The translations under genes and the position numbers were made by a program. The notes beneath the pieces were generated by a model, which searched no databases, was not told where the DNA came from, and worked only from the letters and a program-made list of their open reading frames with translations. Of a DNA stretch of 64,000 nucleotides, positions 12,264-24,129 are shown one piece after another (positions within the stretch are counted from its first letter, which is position 1; the number at the start of each line of letters is the position of its first letter). The stretch comes from Lama guanicoe. Lineage: Eukaryota. The DNA is taken from the NCBI GenBank assembly GCA_013239625.1, contig MU053810.1:62001-126000 (forward strand). The letters run 5' to 3'.

Positions 12264-14185
12264 TTCTCGATTTCAGTATTTTTCTTTTCTTCTTTCTTTC
12301 TTTGAATCTCAAGTACAGTGAAGTGTTAAAAAGGGAAGCTATTGGTCAGTGTTGCCGCTTTGGGACTTGCCTCATTTTTAACATTTTGGAAAGTGCACGC
12401 TGTCTTGTCTTTATAGGTGGCTCTTTAAATTGAAAGCAGCTGTGAAGGCAAGAATTCTTTCAGTGAGCATTTGGTATGTCTGCTGCCGTGAAATAGTCAT
12501 TTTTAATACACTGTTTTTTTCTTAAGGTAGATAGAGAGCTTACTGGTGTCCTGCGGAAGAATTCAGGCAATCTTTCTGCCCCATACAGTGCCAGGCACAG
12601 TGCGAGAGACGCGTCTTGCTGGAATGAACGAACATTTGGAGGTGGAAGCTGTTAAGAAATGATTTCCTTAATCATTTAGAGATGATGCTCTATTGTACAT
12701 GGATTCTATATGGTAACATGAGTAAAGTTCCTTAACTTTTCAAGATCTTGATTGTGAAAGTTTCACACAGCACCAGGGATTCCTGGGGAGAGGTGGACAC
12801 ATGGGAGGGTTTTAGGTAGAGCGCAGGTGAGACACTCTCATGGGTTTGTCCTGTCATTGGAGGCAGGGGACCACCCAAAGGTCACACTGAGATCACTCGG
12901 CCTCACAGATGCATAAACATCCCTCTTGGCATCTTTCCTCGTCGGCCTGTGGTCATGAGGGTTCAGGATTAACTAGTGATCAGTCTTGTGGTTCATGGTG
13001 GCTGGGCAGAACCACCAGACTCATCCTCCCCCCGCTTCCATCAAAATGCTCCATGGAAGTGTACAAAAACAAATATCTAGAAAATAATGATGATAAAATA
13101 GCAAAGGGAAAAAAATTAGAGCAGAAAATCTAATAATGGCGTGAGTCTAACTTTGTTCAAATATGTGTGTATACCAATAGAAATGATCCTCGGAAGAAAT
13201 ACATTAATGTCAACAGTAGCCATTTCTGTGCAACAGAATTGCAGATGATCTTGTCCTTTTTTTGTCCCATAATTTTTAAATGCTTTTCTATAATAAAATA
13301 TGTTGCTTTTAGAGTTTAAAAAGGTTTCTACTTTGAAAAGAGAAAGAATGGGGACCCCAGCCTACAGTTTGTCTTACTGAGAATAAGAGGGCAGGCTCCC
13401 CTGTGACAGTCGTCCCATCCACCCTGAAGCAGTGGCGCTTTCTAGAGAAGGGGGGCTCGGCCACGGGCAGATGCTGGGCCTCTGACAGGCACGTGCTTTC
13501 TCCTCCGTAGCCAGTCAGAGCTGGTGTGATGTCCTGACAGTGGGGCTGCCTACTCGGACTTGGTTGTTTTGAGGTTGCCCAATACGATCATTTGCTTCTC
13601 TTTGGTTCTTCCTCAATGCCTGTTTCAGCTTGGCCGGGCCTGTCCCCCTCCTCTTCTCAGCCTACTGTAAAGTGTCACAAAGCTAAATGAGCAAGTGTGT
13701 TGTCTTTATCTATATTTTAAAAGCAGTTTCTAAAGAGATTGATTTCATTTGGAAAGCATTCCAGACAAAGGATGGTTTTTTAAAGAAACACATGTATTAG
13801 AAAGCACAGCTCTCATGGAGAAATTCTCACTTTCTTAAGGGGTGATGGCCAGGATGCAGGAGGCTTCTCTGAGATGCCGGTGACTATGGCTTCATCATTT
13901 TATGGGGTTAGCCTCTTATTCCCAGGGCCTGAGTCCTCCCTACCTGCAGGCATAGCCCACTTCCCACAGAGATAAAGACATTCTGCCCGGCCAGGGGTTC
14001 TGGGTCACAGCTTTGCTGTTGACATTGGACAAGTTAAGAGTCCTTCTGTGTCTCTCTGCTCCAAATCAAACCCTACCCATGTCAGAGAGGCTGTGGGGTG
14101 GAGAGTGACATAGTCCCTAAGGAACTCCAGTCAGACCACTCATCCCATCTTAATAACTACCGCCCCCCACCCCCCACCTCCCCAT

Positions 14186-14215
14186 AGACACACACACACA
14201 GACACACACACACAT
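14186..14215. repeat. (CA)n microsatellite, interrupted
   Basis: Visible CA run. Confidence 0.9.
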
Positions 14216-15388
14216 CCAGCTGTCCCTCCGCTCCACCTTGGCTTCTTCAGGCCATTGTCAAGGTGGTCTTCCTCTTGCTCTAACTCCCCTGGGGCAGGGA
14301 CCACCCGGCCCCCGGGGTCTGAGGGATGCCACTGAAGAGTGCTAATGTCTTAGACATGATTGCTGACCCACCAAGAGTACAGATCTGTTGCGTCCTACTG
14401 TGTTTGCTCTTATTTATTATCTTAAAATGCAGCGTGTGAAGAATGCCATAAAATGTAACTCAGCCTCCTCTTTGATGTTATGTTCCATCCCACTACTGGA
14501 TCCTGTCCTTTCAAAATGCGAACCGCCAGCCACGTCAAAGCCCAGTTCTCTTGTGTTAGTGGACTTTGCTTGGACTTGTTCACCCTGTTCTTGGCTGGAG
14601 AATCTGTGACAACTTAAGAGGAAGACCACTGCTTAGGGAGGGCGGATGTCCATGCTGAGCCTGGGGCGCGGTCACCTTAGATTGTCAGGAAGTTACGCAG
14701 ATGATACCTGGTCATACACAACATTGTGAGTCCTCCAGAGTCTCCCGTGTCACCTTCTCTTAAGGGGCTCATTTTGGCTAGAAGAGCGCGGTGTGGCTCA
14801 CATGGCCTCCTCTCACCTTGTAACAGTGACTAAAGCTCTTTATTAAGTGATGGGTATTTTTGGAACAACTGGATTCAGATTTTTTTTTTTTTAGTGTATT
14901 CCTAAAATGGCCAGGGCAACAAGGCGACAGAGACCAAGGTGAAAGAGGCCTTCGCCTCTTTGCAGTGCGACAAGGGCAGTGGGCGTGCCCCCGGGGCTGT
15001 GGGGCGCTTGCTGGCTAGACAGCTCCAGGGTTAGGTGCTGTGGAGACGTGGGAGCAGGAAACCTTGTGTGTAACTGGAGAGCCGCCTGTGGAAGGTGTCA
15101 CAGAGGTGGACCTGCACAGTGGTTCCAGGACTGCCAGACAGAGCTGGAGTCAGCCAGCCCTCCAGGAGGGAGGAAGCGGGCACAGAGGCTCAGAGATGGG
15201 AAAGAACAAGACATGCTGGGGAACACCCAGGAGCCAGGATGCTCTGGGCATAAAGTTTGTGAACAAAAGGATGATAAGTGAGACTGCAGATGCAGGCTGG
15301 GTCCAGTTGTACAGGTTAAGGGTGTTAGGAGAATGAACTCTATCTCATAATAATGAGTAACATCTAGGGGATATTTACGGTGTACCTG

Positions 15389-15717
15389 GGATCTTAGTCT
15401 GTTCCGGCTGCCATAGCAAAATTCCACAGACTGGGTGACTTATAACAGAATTTTTATTTTATTACTTATTATTTATTATTTAATATTTAATACTTTATTT
15501 TATTGTAAAGTTTTTTTCCTCAGTTCTAGAGGCGGGAAGCCCAAAGTCAGGGAGCTGGCGTGACGGGTGAGGGCCCTCCTCTAGGTCACGGTTTTTTTTT
15601 TCTTGGTTGTATCTTCACATGGCAGAAGGGGCAACACTCTCTATAAAATGTCTTTATAAGGATGTTAATCCCATCAGTGAGGGCTCTGTCATCAAGACGT
15701 AATCCTCCACCCAAGCT
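15389..15717 (-). mobile_element. MLT1A-like MaLR LTR, truncated by the adjacent L1
   Basis: 'tcttagtctgttccggctgccatagcaaaattccacagactgggtgactta...cacatggcagaagggg...ttaatcccatcagtgagggctctg'. Confidence 0.8.
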
Positions 15718-18340
15718 TTTAACATAAAAGGATGCTAAATTTTTCAAATGCTTTTTCTACATCCGTTGATATGATTTTTACCCTTCATTTTGTGAATGTG
15801 GTGTGTCACATTAACTGACTTGCCATCTTTGTGTCCCTGGAATAAATCCCCCCTGGAACATGGTGTATGATCCTATTTGAAAATAGTTTGCTAGCATTCT
15901 GTGGAGGATCTTTGCATCTGTGTTCATCAGGGATATTGGCCTGTGATTTTTTTTTTTCTGTGGTGTCCTTGTCTGGTTTTGGTATCAAGGTAATGCTGGC
16001 CTTGTAAAATGATTTTTGGAGTGTTCTCTCTTCTGTTTTTTGGAAGAATTTGAGATGGACTGGTATTAATTTTTCTTTTAAATGTTTAGTAGAATTCACC
16101 ACTGAAGCCATCTGGTCCAGGACTTCTGTTTCAGGGGAAGTTCTGGATTACTCATCCAATCTCTTTACTAGTAATTGGTCTGTTCAGATTTTCTGTTTTA
16201 TTTTATGATTTAGTGTGTGTAGGTTGTATGTTTTTAGGAATGTATCCATCTCCTTTCATTTCTCATTTTGTCTCTTTTTTTTCTTGCTGAATCTAGCTAA
16301 AGATTTACTTTTTTTTTCCCCAGAAAACCAGCTTTTAGTTCCACTGATCTTTTTCTGTTTTTTTTAAGTCTCTATTTCATTTATTCTGCTCTGATCTTTA
16401 TTTCCTTCCTTCTATTGACTTTGGGCTTCATTTTTTCATTTTTTCTTTTTCTATTTCCTTGAGGTATAAGGTCGTTATTTGAGCTCTTTTCTTGTTTCAT
16501 CATGTAAGCATTTATCACTACGTACTTCCCTCTTACAGCTGATTTTATTGCATCCCGTAAATTACAGTTTTATTTTTTATTTCTCTTTTGACTGCTTGGT
16601 TGTTCAGGTTCATGCTTCATCTTCACATATTTGTGGATTTTCCAGTTCTCCTTTGTAATTGGCTTCTAGGTGTACACCATTATGGTCAGAAAAGCCGCTT
16701 GATAAGATTTCCATCTCCTAATTTATTAAGACTTGTTTTGTGACCAAACATATCATCTGTCCTGAAGAATGTTTCCTGTGCCTTTGAGAAGAATCTCTAT
16801 TCTCTTGCTTTTGGATGGAATGTTCTGTAAATATTAAGTCTGTCTGGTCTAACATGTAGTTTAAACCCCATGTTTCTTTACGACCTAGCCGCTGTTGGGG
16901 GGTTACTGAAGCCCCCTACTATTATGGTATTGCAGTCTACTTCTCTGTTTAGGTCTGTTAATACTTGCTTAAATATTTAGAGGCTTCTATGTTAGGTGCA
17001 TAAATATTTATAAATGCTATATCCTCATGAACTGATTCCTTTATCATTACATAATGACCTTTGTTTGTTATAGTTTTTCTTAAAATAGAAATACAGTTAC
17101 CCCAGCTTGCTTGTGGTTTCCATTTGTATGAATATCTTTTCCCATCCCTTTACTTTCAGTCTCTGTGTGTCCTTAGAACTGAAGTGAGTCTCTTTCAGGC
17201 AGAATATAGATGGGCCATGGAATTTTTATTTCATTTTTTAAAACTGAAGTACAGTCCGTTACAATTTGTCAATTTCTGGTGCGCAGCACAGTGTCCCAGC
17301 CATGCATACACAGACATATATTCATTTTTATATTCTTTTTATTAAAGGTTACCACAAGATACTGAACATAGTGTCTTATATCTAAAAATCTATTTTCATA
17401 TATAGTAGTTAATATTTGCAAATCTCAAACTCCCAAATTTATCCTTTTCCTCCCCTTTTCCCCACCAGTAACTGTAAGATTTACTATGTTTGCAAGTCTG
17501 CTTCTGTGTTGTAGATGAGTTAGTGTCTTTGTCTTTTTTTGGAGTCCACATATGGGTGATTTAATGTATTTGGCTTTCTCTGTCTGACTTATTTCCCTTA
17601 GTATGATAATCTCTCAGTCCATCCATGTTGCTGCAAGTGGCACTATTTTATTTTTTATGGCTGAGTAGTATTCCATTGTATAAATATACCACAAGTTCTT
17701 TATCCATGCATCTGTCGATGGGCATTAGGTTGGTTCCATGTCTTGGCTATTGAATATGGTGCTGCTGTGAACATTGGGGTGCAGGTGTCTTTTCAAACTA
17801 GAGTTCCCTCCAGATATATAGATGGCTCATGTTTTATATTCATTCAACTATTCTATATAGTCTTTTGTCTGGAGATTTTAGTCCATTTACATTGAACATA
17901 ATTCTTTATAGTTTTCCTTACTGCCATTTAAATTTCTTTCTGGTTGGTTTGTAATTCCTTTTTTCTTCTCGTGTGCTTTGCTGTTTGGTTATCCTCTGTA
18001 GCAGTCTGCTTAGAATCACTTCTCTTCATATTTTGTATATTGGGTTTTTGCTTTGTAATTACCAGGACGTTTATACAAAACAACTTATAACAGCCCATTT
18101 TAAGTTGAAAACTTACTTCCCAATGTTTTTGATGTCACAATATACATCTTTTTATCTTGTGTATTCATTAACAAGCTATACATAGTGATAGTTATTTTTA
18201 CTTATATTTTTTAACCTTCATACAGGCTTTTTATGTGATTGATCCACTGCCTTTATGACCTTAGATTATTCTGAATTTTACTATATATATTTACCAGTGA
18301 GAGTCATACTTCCATATATTTTCCTGTTACTAATTAGTTG
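15718..18340 (-). mobile_element. Old L1 (ORF2 endonuclease/early RT region and inter-ORF), degraded
   Basis: ORF 16111-15806 (...[37 protein letters not shown]) is L1 ORF2p. The plus strand is T-rich throughout. Confidence 0.9.
17221..17815 (-). mobile_element. Younger lineage-specific L1 3' end nested in the old L1
   Basis: Cetartiodactyl-type L1 3'UTR, flanked by a diverged target duplication atatagatgggccatg (17204-17219) / atatagatggctcatg (17816-17831). Confidence 0.85.
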
Positions 18341-20294
18341 CCTGTCTAGGGAGCTAAACATTTTTACTAACTTGTATGGAAGATATTTAAGATTACTATT
18401 TGTTTCCAAATTACTTATTGCCTTTCTCAAAATTTGCATTCCAGAGGCTGTAACAGCAGTTGCGTCATTGGTACTGGAACAGAAGTTTCTGCCAGTATCC
18501 CCCCAGAAAGTGCACTAGTTGAGACACCCCTGGCAGTTGTACCCGAGGCTCTTGGGTGGCAATTGTTACGGGCCTTTCACACGGCCAAGAGCCCCGGGCC
18601 CTGTCAGCCAGTGTCTTCCTCGCCTGTGGTTCCTTGGGCGACCGTGACATCGGAAGGTGCTTGTCTTTCCTCTTTTTTTCTTTCTTCCCTCACTTGTCTG
18701 GTACTTTCTCTGTTCATTTTTATATTCTTTCTCTACTTTCCTTTGAACCATCAATCTGATTTACTGCCCTCCTCATTATGGGCTTTCAAAAAGGCTTGTA
18801 TAAATGGTATTTCTTCCCATTTCCCACGTCTCTGGCAAAACAGTTCCAAGTGGAGAATGGTGGAGTAATTTAACAACCCATTTTGAGGCCAGTGTATCCC
18901 AGAGCCTAAAGCATACATTACCCAAGCAGTGTTACACTAAAACGCCATCTTTTTCTTAGTCACAGGTGGATAACTATAATTAGACCAGACATATGTGATG
19001 TCACGGTGATCTGCAGCACCTTTCCTCTACCTGTTGGCCATTTGTTTATCGCCTTTGGAGAAATATCTGTTGAGGTCCTTTGCCTGAGAGGGTCTGGAGG
19101 CAGCTCACGGACAACTGCAGGGTCCCCAGCAAGGACGTCATGGATACGTGGTGGTGGGGTCAAGACTCCTCCCTTGGTGGACCCCACAGTTCTCTCAGTC
19201 ATTTTTCTTCATGGATAGATGCCAATTTTTTTTTGAGGGGGTGGAATGAGGGATGTCTTACATGGTCCTAATGCTGATGTCATTCCTTAGCCTTCTTGTA
19301 ACAGGAGTGTTTGTTATATATGTATATACTTTTATTACTCCCACATGTGTATTTATATCAGATGAAGTCCCAGAAAGACCAGATAAAAGGATACATGCTG
19401 TCTTCATTTTGATACAAACTGCTCTTTAGACAAGTTTACACTCTACCCACAGTACATGAGCATGCCCACTTCCCCAAATCCTGACTCTGATTTTACCAAA
19501 GAGTAAAATCAAAATTGGATTTTGTGGAAGAAAGCAATTCATTGTGGATCTACTTTGCATTCATCTTAAGGGTAGGACTAAGCATTTCCCACATTTGGGA
19601 GAGATTATTTTCCCTTTCCTGTGGACTGTCCATATTTTTTGCACATCTTCCTGCTCTGGATTTTGTGTTTTTTACTTACTGGATCATTGGAGCACTGTCC
19701 TCCTTGTAGGAATGACAAATATTTAGAATATCTTCTCTTTTCCTATAAGAAACCAGGGTGGCTTAGCTAAGAAACCAAAATTCAGTTTTCCAAAGAGACA
19801 CTTTCAGCCCATCCCGCGATGACTGGAAAGGTTTCCAGAACGCGGGGACGTGCGCCTCCATACAGGCAAAGCCCTTCAGATGGAAATACGCCGAAGGCCT
19901 TCTGTAGATCCAGTACTCCCTTCCAACAAGGTGATCCTCAAGGTATGGCTTTCCTGGAAAGTGTTTTAGACCCAGATTAGAATTTAACGGTCAGAACTGC
20001 TGAACAGGAGGAAAATGTGGAGAGTCACATGCCCCCGCAAGGCCTCCCTGCAGTGCGAACTGGTAAGCGAGGGAAAAGACGGGCCACGGCGTGTCTTTCA
20101 AAATAAACTTACCTAGGGCACCCAATACAGAAAGCGAAAGAGGGGCTCCCTGTCTGGGTTCACTTGGGGGTTCACAGGGTGACAGCAAGAAGGGGGAATG
20201 AGGCCGTCCTTGCCCTGGGGTGGGGGCCACTGGGGAGCATTCCTCGGGAGGTTTTCTGCAACTCACCTTCCTCTCCCGGCCTTTCCTGCCCCAG

Positions 20295-20570
20295 CTCATG
20301 TGCTCCTCGGTGCAGAAGGCCCTGTTTGAGGAGGAGGACCGCGTCAAGAAGCTGCAGCAGAAGGTGGCCACCCTGGAGAAGCGGAACAGGCAGCTGCGGG
20401 AGCGGGTGAAGAAGGTGAAGCGGTCCCTGCGGCAGGCGCGGAAGAACGGCCGCCACCTGGAGCTGCTCAACCACAAGCTCAGCGAGAAGCTGGTGGCCGC
20501 AGCGGGCGCGCTTCCACACATCAACGCCCTGGGGCGGGAGCCCGCGGGGGCCCCCTACCTGCGGGGCTAG
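20295..20570 (+). CDS. CCDC3: CCDC3 (coiled-coil domain-containing 3 / favine) terminal coding exon, 91 aa + stop
   Basis: A polypyrimidine tract and cag acceptor end at 20294 (phase 0). The exon translates LMCSSVQKALFEEEDRVKKLQQKVATLEKRNRQLRERVKKVKRSLRQARKNGRHLELLNHKLSEKLVAAAGALPHINALGREPAGAPYLRG*, matching the CCDC3 C-terminal coiled coil as I recall it. Codons are strongly GC3-biased, and the tail-to-tail arrangement with CAMK1D matches known synteny. Confidence 0.97.
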   Translation, partial: LMCSSVQKALFEEEDRVKKLQQKVATLEKRNRQLRERVKKVKRSLRQARKNGRHLELLNHKLSEKLVAAAGALPHINALGREPAGAPYLRG

Positions 20571-21660
20571 CTGGGCGCCAGCCTCGCGCAGCCAGCGAGC
20601 AGAAACGGAGGGCGGGCGTGGCTGAGCACAGAGTATTTTATTCTGCAGTTGGTAGACTCTAGTTGGCTCCAGGGCAAGTCTTGCTCGCTCTCCCCAGCCT
20701 GGTCCTCCACCCAGTGCTCCAGTACCCCCAGTGCCACGTGCTTGCCTGGGGCCTGCCCCTGGCTTCCAGGAGGAGCCTTGCCAAGTGCACTTAATAGGGA
20801 AAGGACATTTTAGACTCTCTAGTGGCCCAAGAACTCAAGGGGTTCTGCCTTTGTCTTAGAAGAGCCGCAGTGTGGTCCCAGCTGTGCGCAGCCGGACAAC
20901 CATCAGTGTGCAGGAGTGGTCTCAAGCTAGGTCGTGGAACCTTCTAAGGCCGTTAAGACTTACTGAGTTCATCACAGGTCAGGGAGTGGGGTGGCAGGAA
21001 ATTAAACAAGAGTCACACCTGATTTCCCACACCAGCTACCCAGAGTGTGGATTCCTAAGGCTCACTTTAATCTAAAGGAGATGTGCCTTTATGGGCCTAG
21101 TCATGTTTCATCGAACCACGTTCCCAGGTGGGAAAAGCCTGAACAGCATCTCAGATATCAACACTATAAATTCCACAGGGGATGCTGCCCAGAGGCACCC
21201 CACCACCTCCAAAACTACAGGGCCCCGTCACACCGTCCTCTCTGTTGGAAATGGCATTAGTGTCAGATTTCCATCCACTGCCTTTTGAAAACCCACATCC
21301 TTTTTGCTCTAGCAGCTCATCTGGGGCCTGAGCATCCTGTCCCTGAGTTTTGGTGGCAGGCTGCTGCCTCGGGGAGACATTTGCACCCCGGACTGCACAG
21401 CATGGGGACTTCTGCTCAGAGGCTCCTCATGGCCGCACTCCACCAGCACTTTATTCTTCACAGTGTGGTGCCATAGAGGGTGCGTTTTCCTGTTTCTTGT
21501 CTGGGACATTTTCATTCTAGCAGTTTTGCTGTCACCCAAGGGAAGGACAGACCTAAGGGTGATTTGCAGCCCATGCTTGGAGAGCTGGGGGAGCGGGATC
21601 TCTACAGATGCACCACATTTTGCCTTTTCAATAAACATGAGCAATATTTCAGCCACAACC
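20571..21660 (+). other. CCDC3: CCDC3 3'UTR (approximate end)
   Basis: Follows the TAG and runs to the AATAAA at 21630, which has a downstream GT/T-rich element. Confidence 0.75.
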
Positions 21661-21685
21661 ATAAAACCTCGTGTGTTTCTTTTGC
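21630..21685 (+). terminator. CCDC3 polyadenylation signal
   Basis: AATAAA at 21630-21635, CA dinucleotides ~20-25 nt downstream, then gtgtgtttcttttg at 21671-21684. Confidence 0.75.
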
Positions 21686-23132
21686 AGCAGGAAGAGGGCA
21701 GGCTTTCCAGCTCTGTGTCCTCTGGGGACACATCTGTGAGTTAGTTACACCTGGCCGGGGGCACCCAGGAGACTACACTCAAGCCGCCTGTGCCTTCCCC
21801 ATTGGGATGAGTCTGACCCTGTCTCTCCCAGAGTTCCCATCTCTCAACATACCTGCAGAAAAGCAGTGTTAGCCAGGCTTCATCTCCCAGGGGACACACA
21901 GCTTCATTAATCGTCTTCAAATGTACACTCGGATATTCACCAAAGGGGACTCCCCCATCCCTGCTGTCTGCTGGGCTGTTATCTCACCATCGCCCTCGCC
22001 ACCTGTTCATTGTACTCGGAATTGTTTCTGCAAGAAGAACTCAGGACTTACTCGGAACCTGACACACTGTAGCCGATATAAGTGCCATCTGTGAGCTGTG
22101 GGCCGTGGCTTATTTCCACTTGGTGGCTCGAGGGGGCTCACTGACTTTTCCAGAGTCACATAATGAGCAAGAGGCCGATAGACCCAAGCATCTTTAAACT
22201 GTGGTCCCCAGGAGGCACAAGCTGGCAGCCTGAGGGCCACACCTCAGGTGGGGATGAGGTTTCTGGGCTTCATGTCTCTGAATGTCAGACACATGGCTGT
22301 GGTCCGGGCTACTGTTTCTCCTGCTGTTGCTACTAACAGCACTATTGCTGCTCTGCTACTAACTGCCCCCCCCCCACGCACCTTTTTTTTAAAAGCCAGG
22401 CTACATCACACAATTTTGGCACCTGCCTGGCAGCAGAAATTAACAGGGATCCCCATCTCTGTGGTGCAAGTCCTCATCCTCCTTTGGGGCGAGAGAACGC
22501 AAACTCAAATCACGACTATCCATCAGTTGTTGGCTCAGCAATGAACCACATTCTGTGATGGTTTTTTTAAAAACCAAGTACCCGGCATGTATTATTAGGC
22601 TCTTGCACACATACAATCCCACTTAATATTCCTAATAATTTTATCAAGTAATGATTCTGATCATCATTCTTTTAAGAGGAATCTGGGGCTTCAAGAGATT
22701 AAACTGTCTGTTGTACCCAACTAGCGCTGGTAGCCAGCCAAAAATCCAACACCACCTTCCTTTTTCTTTGCGCACGCTCATCTGTAGAATGGGGGAAATA
22801 ATCCTAAGGTAAAGGCTGTTAGGAGGATTGAACTTACTCGTATAGCGGTTTACCATGATGCCTAACACCCTGCAAACACTCCATGGGTATACCGACCCTC
22901 AATCATAACTTTGATTATAAATTCTCACCAGAAAGGTCCAATGCAATGTCACAAATGAGTGGTGAGATTCCATATCATTTTCTTGTCACTTTTCCAATCT
23001 CCAGTACAACATTCCAGCTCTTTTCCATTTTGTTTCCAAACCACCTTTTTTTTCACATACAGTAGTTAGTTGTTCCTTCAAATTAACCAAGAAAATACAG
23101 TGCATCAGAAATGCGTTTCCTCACCTTCCTAG

Positions 23133-23470
23133 TGTCAACATAAAAAATGCACAGCCTAAAAGTTGAGAATTAGGGGTTTTTTTTCGGCAAATAAACTGAG
23201 GACTGTAAGCCCAGGAGGCAGCCTCTCAGCTCCAAGGAACTGTTCTGAAGAGGTTAAGGGAAGAGCCAGGATATATGGGAGGTTTTGCAAAAAAAAACAA
23301 AGAAAAAAGCAAGTAGCCAGAACATCAGAAGATTACTCTTAATTATGGGAAACACAGACATCTCAAGTTAATGAATTGTGTGCTTTTCTGCAGATGGGAA
23401 GATGCAAGAGCCTGGTTGCACAGTTGGGGGTGGCTGCAGTGGCTAGTAGCTTGATGGCTGTGAGATCCTT
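23133..23470 (-). mobile_element. MER41-like (cetartiodactyl ERV1) LTR with internal deletion
   Basis: 'tgtcaacataaaaaatgcacagcctaaaagttgagaatt...gcagcctctcag...gagccaggatatat...gacatctcaagttaatgaat...atgggaagatgcaagag'. Confidence 0.75.
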
Positions 23471-23605
23471 GCCCCCTTCTCACCTCCCTCCCAGCTCAGA
23501 GGAAGGCACACCCCTCTGGCCCACACCCGTGTCAAACCCTTTCCCTGTTCTCGAGTTCATACTGCGGCTCTCAGTCCCTGGCTCCACCCGTGTTCCCTCT
23601 TCTGT

Positions 23606-24012
23606 TGTAACAGAGAACAAACCTGCCTGCGTAGGGGATCTGTTCCTTTCATTTTAACCCTGTGCCCTGCTTTCTAGGCTTAGTCTTGCCAGCTCTGCAC
23701 CTTTTGTGAAACAGTGTTGCCTTTAGCCTGAAGTAAACAGGAGAGCCTAGTCTCGGCTCTGGCCTTTAAGAAGAATGTTCGCACTTCTGCCCTTAGGTAG
23801 AGATGGCAAGTTGCAAAATAGAGAATAACCTTTGTTTTGTTGGAGGTTTACAGGAACACCCTGGCCTGGCCCATGTGGACTGCTGGAAGAACAAAGAATT
23901 CTTTCAGCAAGAAGTTTGCAAGAATGAACCACACCCCCTCCCCTGGTTTTTTGTTTGTTTTTAATTTATTGGCCTGTTGTACAGGGAGCAGAATGAGTTT
24001 GGACTTAGTGCC
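23606..24012 (+). mobile_element. ERV1-type solo LTR (related to the one at 50189-50696)
   Basis: Starts tgtaacagagaacaaacctg and ends ...tttattggcctg...gagtttggacttagtg; both termini resemble the 50.2-kb LTR. Confidence 0.7.
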
Positions 24013-24129
24013 TTTTCTTTGTGGGGTATCCTGCCCTTATCCTCCAACCATGCTCAGATTTACCCATCCCAGGAAAAAAAAAAACATAGTTTAAAAAGTA
24101 TTGAGGCCATCTTTAAAGAAGGCTCCTGG

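Larger units (their letters stand above)
1..20294 (+). other. CCDC3: 3' part of the long last intron of CCDC3
   Basis: No other CCDC3 coding exon is recognisable upstream of the 20294 acceptor within the window; the region is repeat-rich. Confidence 0.85.

Noticed and set aside
20220..20294. N-terminal part of the 116-aa ORF in the track
   Set aside because: It is intronic: the polypyrimidine tract ahead of the acceptor, with a GTG start only.
19991..20524. 177-aa minus-strand ORF
   Set aside because: It is the antisense shadow of the GC3-rich CCDC3 exon.
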